NCBI GenBank assembly: GCA_016235045.1
Contig: JACRME010000015.1
Location: 3,296-67,295, forward strand
Direction of reading: 5' to 3'
DNA length: 64,000 bases
From: Nitrosomonadales bacterium
GTDB taxonomy: Bacteria > Pseudomonadota > Gammaproteobacteria > Burkholderiales > Gallionellaceae
The translations under genes and the position numbers were made by a program. The notes under the pieces are model-generated. The model was not told where the DNA came from, did no database searches, and saw nothing but the letters and a program-made list of their open reading frames with translations. Positions 57,152 through 64,000 of this stretch are shown here, piece by piece. Each line of letters begins with the position of its first letter. Within the stretch, counting starts at the first letter, position 1.

Positions 57152-57294
57152 TGGGTACCTCCAAAAATCCAGATTTCATCCCAACTGCTGCGTTGCGGAA
57201 AAAATTTCTTGCTTACATATTTCACATATGCGGCGCTGCGAAATTTTTCCCGCGCCTTGCATTTGGGCGAACTCTGAATTTTTTGAGGCACCCA
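57152..57294. mobile_element. MITE-like element with terminal inverted repeats
   Basis: TGGGTACCTCCAAAAATCCAGA ... TCTGAATTTTTTGAGGCACCCA with nested internal palindromes. Confidence 0.6.
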
Positions 57295-57324
57295 CCTTTT
57301 CAACCTTACTTTTAAGTTAACACC

Positions 57325-59166
57325 ATGGCAAAAACCCTTATTTCCGAGTTAGTCCTGCGCGACGGCCATCAATCCACGATCGCAACGCGCATGCGTACCG
57401 ACGACATGCTGCCCATGTGCGCCAAGCTGGACAGTATCGGGTTCTGGTCGCTGGAAGCCTGGGGCGGCGCCACGTTCGACTCCTGCGTCCGTTTCCTGAA
57501 GGAAGATCCTTGGGAGCGCCTGAAGCGCTTGCGCAAGGCATTGCCCAACAGCCGCATCCAGATGCTGCTGCGCGGGCAGAACCTGCTCGGCTATCGCCAC
57601 TATTCCGACGACGTGGTGCGCGAGTTCGTCAAGAAATCCGCCAGCAACGGCATCGACGTGTTCCGTATCTTTGACGCGATGAACGACATGCGCAACCTGC
57701 GCGTTTCCATCGAGGCGGTGAAGAAGGCGGGCAAGCATGCCGAAGGCTGCATCAGCTACACCACCAGCCCGGTGCACGACATTCCCCAATTCGTGCTGCT
57801 GGCAGCGGAACTGGAAGCCCTGGGCTGCGACACCATCTGCATCAAGGACATGGCCGGCCTGCTTACTCCCTACGCCACCTTCGAACTGGTCAAGGCTTTG
57901 CGCGCTGCCATCAGCGTGCCCATCCACCTGCACAGCCATTCCACTTCCGGCTTGTCCGGCATGTGCTTCCTCAAGGCGGTGGAAGCGGGCGCCACCATAC
58001 TGGATACCTGCAATTCCTCTTTCGGCGAAGGCGCCAGCCATTCCTCGACCGAGAGCATCGTCGCCGCGTTGCAGGGCACGCCTTACGACACCGGACTCGA
58101 CCTGGCCGCGATACAGGAAGTCACCGCCTATTTCACCGAGGTGCGCAAGAAATACTGGCAATTCGAAAGCGAGTTCACCGGCGTGGACACGCGCGTGCTG
58201 GTCAACCATGTTCCCGGCGGGATGATCTCCAACCTGTCCAACCAGCTCAAGGAACTGGATGCGCTCAACCGCATGGATGAAGTGCTGGCCGAAATCCCGC
58301 GCGTGCGCGAAGACATGGGCTATCCACCGCTGGTCACGCCGACCTCGCAGATCGTCGGCACCCAGGCGGTGCTGAATGTGCTGACCGGAGTGCGCTACAA
58401 GTCCGTCACCAACGAAGTCAAAAACTACCTGCTCGGACACTACGGCAAGGCGCCGGGCACCATCAACGAAAAAGTCAGAAAAATGGCCGTCGGCGATGAG
58501 GAAGTGACGACCTGCCGTCCGGCCGATTTGCTGGAAGACGAAATGAACCGGCTCAAGGCCGACAGCGAAACCTTCGCGCAAAGCGAGGAAGATGTTCTCA
58601 CCTACGCCATGTTCCCGGACATCGGCAAAACCTTCCTGCAGGAGCGCAACGCCAAGACCCTCAGGCCCGAACCGCTGCTGCCCAAGGAAGCGGCCACCAC
58701 TTCCACCGAGCGTTATGCGCCGAACGAGTTCAAGGTTACGCTGCACGGCGAGACCTTCCACATCAAGCTCACCGGCAGCGGCCACCACGGCGAAGCCCAG
58801 CGTCCGTTCTACGTTTCCGTGGACGGCATCTCGGAAGAAGTCATCGTCGAAACCCTGAGCGAGATCGAAGTGTCCGGCGGCAGCGGCGGCAAGAAAAAAG
58901 CCGTGGAAAAAGCCGCAACTTCCAGCCGCCCGCGCCCCTCGCACCAGGGCTGCGTAGCGACCGCCATGCCCGGCACCATCGTCGAAGTCAAAACCAAGGT
59001 CGGGGACACCGTGGAAGCGGGTGACGGGCTGCTCGTGATCGAAGCCATGAAGATGGAAAACGAAATCCAGGCGCCGGTGAGCGGCGTCGTCATCAGCGTG
59101 CATGTCAAGAAGGGCGACAGCGTGGCACCGGACGAGACGCTGGTGGAGATTCAGTGCACTGAGTAA
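57325..59166 (+). CDS. pycB: Pyruvate carboxylase subunit B (OadA-like carboxyltransferase plus biotin carrier)
   Basis: LRDGHQS, WGGATFD, IKDMAG, HLHSH, EAMKMENE. Confidence 0.88.
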   Translation: MAKTLISELVLRDGHQSTIATRMRTDDMLPMCAKLDSIGFWSLEAWGGATFDSCVRFLKEDPWERLKRLRKALPNSRIQMLLRGQNLLGYRHYSDDVVREFVKKSASNGIDVFRIFDAMNDMRNLRVSIEAVKKAGKHAEGCISYTTSPVHDIPQFVLLAAELEALGCDTICIKDMAGLLTPYATFELVKALRAAISVPIHLHSHSTSGLSGMCFLKAVEAGATILDTCNSSFGEGASHSSTESIVAALQGTPYDTGLDLAAIQEVTAYFTEVRKKYWQFESEFTGVDTRVLVNHVPGGMISNLSNQLKELDALNRMDEVLAEIPRVREDMGYPPLVTPTSQIVGTQAVLNVLTGVRYKSVTNEVKNYLLGHYGKAPGTINEKVRKMAVGDEEVTTCRPADLLEDEMNRLKADSETFAQSEEDVLTYAMFPDIGKTFLQERNAKTLRPEPLLPKEAATTSTERYAPNEFKVTLHGETFHIKLTGSGHHGEAQRPFYVSVDGISEEVIVETLSEIEVSGGSGGKKKAVEKAATSSRPRPSHQGCVATAMPGTIVEVKTKVGDTVEAGDGLLVIEAMKMENEIQAPVSGVVISVHVKKGDSVAPDETLVEIQCTE

Positions 59167-59184
59167 AACCGGAAAGGAAGTATC

Positions 59185-59222
59185 AAACAAAGAGGGGTGC
59201 GGTCACGCACCCCTTTTTGTTT
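59185..59222. terminator. Bidirectional intrinsic terminator
   Basis: AAACAAAGAGGGGTGCG-GTCA-CGCACCCCTTTTTGTTT between convergent genes. Confidence 0.85.
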
Positions 59223-59251
59223 TGGTGTTTGGACGACAAGCGTTCAAACTG

Positions 59252-60256
59252 CTACAACGAACCCAATTGAAGTTTTTCCCATAAAAACGGCTTTAAAGTT
59301 GACCACCAGGGGCCGCCGAGGCTGAGATCAACGACGTGCGTCATGTCGGCTTGCGCAATCAATGTGCAGGTGTTTCCGGAAGCGTTGATGCGATCCCTGG
59401 TAGGGATGGCGTTACCGATCCAAGTGGCGCCGGTCACGCTATCGGTTGGATTGGCATGGAACAGCATAACCGGGCTGTCGCTTGCTTGAAAGTTCAGATA
59501 TGGATCCAAATTGGCGTAGGCGTCGATTGTGGTCGCCCCTGTTGCGATTGAGGCGGCCACTTTGGACGAGACGGCTGGGAAATCAGACGTTGTATTTTGC
59601 AGACTGTCATATTCGATGGCGTTGATCAATGAGATGCCGCCACCCGCGGAACTGCCTATGGTTGCGATTCGATTCGTGTCGATATGATAAAGAGCAGCAT
59701 TGGCTTTCAAGTAGCGAATCGCATTCATGGCGTCTTCGCTGGCTTGGATGAAAGCCGCGAGTCTGGCGGTGGAACTGACCGTGTTGTCTGGAGTGAGGCG
59801 GTAATTGATGCTGGCTGCGACATATCCGGCCCTGGCATACGAGAGTGCATCGAATCGAGTATTCTCCTTGCCGCCAGCGCTGAAGCCGCCACCATGGATC
59901 AAGACGATCAGCGGTTGCGGGTGTGTGGAAGTGGCGTTGGGTGGAACCGCGATGTCGAGTCTGAGGTCGAGTGTGGTTCCGTTCAGCTCAGTCGCCTTGG
60001 TGACATCGGAGGTGTACTGTGCTCCTCCGGCATTCGGACGGGACGAATAAATGATATCGGTGTACGCGGTCAACTGGCTATCGCTGTACTGGGTGCTGAT
60101 ATAAAGGCCGACTTCTGCATCAGTCTGGCTGCCGGTGCTGCCACCGCATGCACACAATATCAGCCCGAGACCCGCACATATCCATCGAGCGTATTTTGAA
60201 ATAATCACGGACGACGGCAGGAGGCGGGCGAAAGCTTCGGCAATGCCCGCCTCCAT
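59252..60256 (-). CDS. Alpha/beta hydrolase (carboxylesterase-like) lipoprotein
   Basis: LCACGG lipobox, HGGGF oxyanion motif, GSSAGG nucleophile elbow. Confidence 0.85.
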   Translation of the reverse strand: MEAGIAEAFARLLPSSVIISKYARWICAGLGLILCACGGSTGSQTDAEVGLYISTQYSDSQLTAYTDIIYSSRPNAGGAQYTSDVTKATELNGTTLDLRLDIAVPPNATSTHPQPLIVLIHGGGFSAGGKENTRFDALSYARAGYVAASINYRLTPDNTVSSTARLAAFIQASEDAMNAIRYLKANAALYHIDTNRIATIGSSAGGGISLINAIEYDSLQNTTSDFPAVSSKVAASIATGATTIDAYANLDPYLNFQASDSPVMLFHANPTDSVTGATWIGNAIPTRDRINASGNTCTLIAQADMTHVVDLSLGGPWWSTLKPFLWEKLQLGSL

Positions 60257-60276
60257 TTTGTTGTCTTCCGGAGTAC

Positions 60277-63072
60277 TCAGTTCGGTTCCTGATACTTGTC
60301 TTCCGTCAACTTGGCCTGTGCCGCCGCCAGGCGTGCGATGGGCACGCGCGGGCCGGAGCAGGAGACGTAGTTGAGGCCGATGTGGTGGCAGAAGCGGATG
60401 GAGCCGGGGTGGCCGCCGTGTTCGCCGCAGATGCCGACTTTCAGGTCCGGGTTGGTTGCGCGTCCCTTGCCTACCGCCATCTTCATCAGTTGACCCACGC
60501 CCTTGATGTCCAGCACTTCGAACGGGTTGTCTTCCAGGATGCCGGTTTCGTTGTAGGCGGGCAGGAACTTGTTCTCCGCATCCTCGCGGCTGAAGGAGAA
60601 GGTGGCCTGGGTCAGGTCGTTGGTGCCGAACGAGAAGAACTGCGCGGTCTCCGCCATGCGTCCGGCGCGCATGCAGGCGCGCACCACCTCCAGCATGGAG
60701 CCGAACTTGAATTGCACGTCGATGCCGTGGGTGGCGTTCACTTCGGCATGGATGCGCTGCACATAGCTGTGGATGCGCTTGAGTTCTTCCACCGTCGCCA
60801 CTTGCGGCACCATGATCTCGGGGTAGATCTCGATTCCTTCCTTGGCACACAGCGCAGCGGCTTCGAGCACGGCGCGGATCTGCATGGAATAGATTTCGGG
60901 ATAGGTGATGCCCAGACGCACGCCGCGGTGACCCAGCATCGGGTTGACTTCGGACAGTGCGCGCACCTTCTTCAGCACGACTTCCTTCTTGTGGATCACG
61001 TCGTCTTCCAGGTGCGATTCCTTGAAGTCGCCCAGTCCGCCCATGAGTTTGGTCAGGCCGTCGGCATATTGCTGGTACAGCTTGGGGTTGAGCATCTTGA
61101 GCGTATCCGGCAACTCTTCCAGACCCTTGATGGTGTCGCTCAACTGGTGCAGGTGGGCGATTTCCAGTTCGAGTTGTGCGGCGGTGGGCAGGAACTCGTG
61201 CATCGGCGGGTCGAGCAGGCGCACGGTGACGGGCAGGCCCTTCATCGCCTTGAAGATGCCCTTGAAGTCGGCGCGCTGTATCGGCAACAGGCGATCCAGC
61301 GCGGATTGGCGTTCTTCCACCGTCTCGGCCAGGATCATTTCCTGCACGATGGGCAGGCGGTCAGTGCTGTTGAACATGCGCTCGGTGCGGCACAGGCCGA
61401 TGCCCATGGCGCCGAACTCGCGCGCGCGCAGGGCGTCGTTGGGAGTGTCGGCATTCGCCATCACCTTGAGGCGGGAAACTTCATCCGCCCAGGACAACAG
61501 CGTGACCAGTTCTTCGGAGAATTCCGGCTCCACCGTCGGCACCTCGCCCGCATACACATGGCCGGTGCCGCCGTCGATGGTGACGACGTCGCCTTCATGC
61601 AAAGTGGTGTCGCCGATCTGTGCGCTGCGCAGCACGTCGTTGATGACGATCGCTTCGCAGCCGGAGACGCAGGGCTTGCCCATGCCGCGCGCCACCACGG
61701 CGGCGTGCGAGGTCTTGCCGCCGCGGCTGGTCAGGATGCCCTGTGCCTGGAAGAAGCCGTGGATGTCCTCGGGCTTGGTCTCTTCACGCACCAGGATGAT
61801 CTTCTCGCCGGCGCGACCGCGCGCTTCGGCGGTGTCGGCATCGAACACGATCTTGCCGGAGGCGGCGCCGGGCGAAGCCGGCAGTCCCTGTGCCAGCGAT
61901 TTGCCGTGGAAGTTCGGCGCCAGTTGCGGCACCAGCAGTTGTTCCAGGATCGCCGGTTCGACGCGCAGCAGCGCGCGTTCCTTGGTGATCAGCCCTTCGT
62001 TGAACATCTCCACCGAGGTGCGCACCATGCCGCGCGCGTTCATCTTGCCGTTGCGCGTCTGCAGGCAATACAGGATGCCCTTCTCGATGGTGAACTCGAA
62101 ATCCTGCACCTCGTGGTAATGCGATTCCAGCCGGTTGTGCAGCGTCATCAACTGGCGGTAGATTTCCGGCATTTCCTTTTCCATCTCGGCGATGGCTTTG
62201 GGGGTGCGGATGCCCGCCACCACGTCCTCGCCCTGCGCGTTGACCAGGTATTCGCCATAGATCAGGTTCTCGCCGGTGCCGGGGTTGCGGGTGAAGCCCA
62301 CGCCGGTGCCGGAGTCGTTGCCCATGTTGCCGAACACCATGGTGCAGATATTGACTGCGGTGCCGCTGGCCTGGTCCTTGGTGATCTTGAATTGCCGGCG
62401 GTAATCCACCGCGCGCTTGCCCATCCAGGAACGGAACACCGCGCCCACCGCGATTTCCAGTTGTTCGTAGGGATCCTGCGGGAACGGCTTGCCGCTGTGG
62501 TTCTGCACGATCGCCAGGAATTCTTCTGCCAGCTCCCTGAGGTGCTCGGTCTTGAGGTCGACGTCCTGCGGCGCGCCGTACTTGCGCTTGATCGCGGCCA
62601 TGTGTTCGTCGAAATGTTCGTCGCTGATGTTGAGCGCGATTTTGCCGAATAGCTGGATGAAGCGGCGATAAGCGTCATAGGCGAAACGCTCGTTGGAAGT
62701 CTGCTTGATCAGTCCCTTCAGCGAAGTCTCGTTGAGGCCGAGGTTGAGGATGGTGTCCATCATGCCCGGCATGGACATGGACGAGCCGGAACGCACCGAG
62801 ACCAGCAGCGGATTGCTGCTGCTGCCGAAGCCTTTGCCGGTCTTCTTCTCCAGCGCCTTCATGTGATCCTTGATCGAATCCATCAAGCCGGCGGGCAGTT
62901 GGTTCTTTTCCAGATAAGCGTTGCAAGCATCAGTGGTGATGGTAAAACCCGGGGGGACATTCAGGCCGATCTGCGTCATTTCGCACAGGTTCGCGCCCTT
63001 GCCGCCCAACAGCATCTTGTCCTTGCCGTCACCCTTTTCGAATTCATAGATGTATTGCTTGCCGCTGACCAT
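60277..63072 (-). CDS. ppdK: Pyruvate phosphate dikinase
   Basis: LLGGKGANL, VSVRSG, GGKTSHAAVVARG (phospho-His), SFGTNDLTQ, GICGEHGG. Confidence 0.97.
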   Translation of the reverse strand: MVSGKQYIYEFEKGDGKDKMLLGGKGANLCEMTQIGLNVPPGFTITTDACNAYLEKNQLPAGLMDSIKDHMKALEKKTGKGFGSSSNPLLVSVRSGSSMSMPGMMDTILNLGLNETSLKGLIKQTSNERFAYDAYRRFIQLFGKIALNISDEHFDEHMAAIKRKYGAPQDVDLKTEHLRELAEEFLAIVQNHSGKPFPQDPYEQLEIAVGAVFRSWMGKRAVDYRRQFKITKDQASGTAVNICTMVFGNMGNDSGTGVGFTRNPGTGENLIYGEYLVNAQGEDVVAGIRTPKAIAEMEKEMPEIYRQLMTLHNRLESHYHEVQDFEFTIEKGILYCLQTRNGKMNARGMVRTSVEMFNEGLITKERALLRVEPAILEQLLVPQLAPNFHGKSLAQGLPASPGAASGKIVFDADTAEARGRAGEKIILVREETKPEDIHGFFQAQGILTSRGGKTSHAAVVARGMGKPCVSGCEAIVINDVLRSAQIGDTTLHEGDVVTIDGGTGHVYAGEVPTVEPEFSEELVTLLSWADEVSRLKVMANADTPNDALRAREFGAMGIGLCRTERMFNSTDRLPIVQEMILAETVEERQSALDRLLPIQRADFKGIFKAMKGLPVTVRLLDPPMHEFLPTAAQLELEIAHLHQLSDTIKGLEELPDTLKMLNPKLYQQYADGLTKLMGGLGDFKESHLEDDVIHKKEVVLKKVRALSEVNPMLGHRGVRLGITYPEIYSMQIRAVLEAAALCAKEGIEIYPEIMVPQVATVEELKRIHSYVQRIHAEVNATHGIDVQFKFGSMLEVVRACMRAGRMAETAQFFSFGTNDLTQATFSFSREDAENKFLPAYNETGILEDNPFEVLDIKGVGQLMKMAVGKGRATNPDLKVGICGEHGGHPGSIRFCHHIGLNYVSCSGPRVPIARLAAAQAKLTEDKYQEPN

Positions 63073-63474
63073 TGTGCTTCTCCCTTACTTAGGTTGCTGA
63101 ATAGAAACTACAGAACTTCGTTTGAATAACTTATGTCGATCTGCATTCCGGGTGGGGGCCACTTTACCCAGAAATACCCCTTTATTCTTGATCCATCTCA
63201 ATGGAGGGGCTCCATTGTGCCATCAAGTGCAGTATTTAGACGAGTAGACGAAAGTCGGTGCTTCTGCCGCGGGTCGGGCGAAATTGTTGCCGACAGCCCG
63301 GTATTTGGCCTGCCGCGGACGCGCCCGGCCCGCCGCCAGGCCATGAAAATGGCGGCGTTGCCGGTATGGCAGCAAGAACGGGCCCCCAAACGGAGAATTG
63401 CCTTCGTTGGCTGCTGCCTTATTCCGGCAGAACCACTACAATTCGGCAGTTTTGAAATTTCGCCAAGGATGCGC

Positions 63475-64000
63475 ATGAGATTCCAATTGTTTCTGGCATT
63501 GTCGCTGTCTTGCGTTTGTGCCGCGGCGGCGGCGGCCGAAGAAAAGGTTCAACTTCCCGCCCCCTCGTCTTCAGCGCAACGCCTTTATTCGCATGCCAAG
63601 GCCGACATCGTGCAATTGCGTTCCCTGCTCAGGAACGGGCGCACCCAGTCGTCCGTCGGGTCGGGATTCCTGATCGGAACCGGCAACCTGGCGGTGACCA
63701 ATTACCACGTCATGTCGCAGATTGCGCTGGATCCGGACACCTATGTCGGCGAGTATGTCGATACCAACGGCAAGCGCGGGGAAGTGAAGCTGCTGGCTGT
63801 CGACGTGCTGCACGATCTGGCGGTGGTGAGCATCGATCGCAAGGGTGGCGGCTTTTTCAACGTGCCGGACCAGTTGCCGCAACTGGTGCAAGGACAATAC
63901 CTGTACTCGCTGGGCAATCCGCTCGATCTGGGATTTGCCATCTCCGAAGGCGCCTACAACGGCATCGTCAACCGCAGTTTCTACGATCAACTGATGTTTA
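63475..64000 (+). CDS. Trypsin-like (S1C) serine protease, 3' truncated by window
   Basis: Manual translation: signal peptide, VGSGFLI, VTNYHV, HDLAVV, LGNPLDLG; not in the ORF track. Confidence 0.85.
   Translation, partial: MRFQLFLALSLSCVCAAAAAAEEKVQLPAPSSSAQRLYSHAKADIVQLRSLLRNGRTQSSVGSGFLIGTGNLAVTNYHVMSQIALDPDTYVGEYVDTNGKRGEVKLLAVDVLHDLAVVSIDRKGGGFFNVPDQLPQLVQGQYLYSLGNPLDLGFAISEGAYNGIVNRSFYDQLMF

Noticed and set aside
57325..59166. Na+-pumping oxaloacetate decarboxylase
   Set aside because: No oadB/oadG adjacent; pairing with a biotin carboxylase indicates two-subunit pyruvate carboxylase.
46707..62652. Long ORFs 46707..49244, 49707..51299, 51305..52918, 57349..59190 and 60382..62652
   Set aside because: Antisense shadows of the molybdoenzyme gene, nifE, nifN, pycB and ppdK.

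Overview
GC-rich betaproteobacterial DNA (Gallionellaceae/Sideroxydans-like by gene content; inference only) carrying a dispersed Mo-nitrogenase region. It contains nifA-nifL (minus strand, nifA runs off the left edge), rnfABCDGEH, a nif-associated SIR2-like gene with a hemerythrin, draT, nifHDKT-fdx-nifY, modABC, an LRV-FeS gene, and nifENX with accessory genes and ferredoxins, followed by pycAB and ppdK. Four transcription units have both a sigma54 -24/-12 motif and a perfect NifA TGT-N10-ACA site. Inserted into this scaffold are: (i) an AT-rich block encoding TcmP, DUF5131 and a protein kinase fused to a SAMHD1-like HD dNTP triphosphohydrolase (candidate new anti-phage system), near a TIR gene bracketed by 19-bp inverted repeats; (ii) an ABC/TlpA/NosL-pair cluster; (iii) a Psr/Phs/Sre-type molybdoenzyme operon with TorD-like and HybE-like chaperones. 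Intergenic regions hold at least six families of REP-like palindromes. A 60-bp hairpin element is precisely inserted, always immediately before AGG, inside REPs of two unrelated families. REP-derived sequence is also in frame inside nifN and probably draT. No rRNA, tRNA, CRISPR array or transposase was seen.
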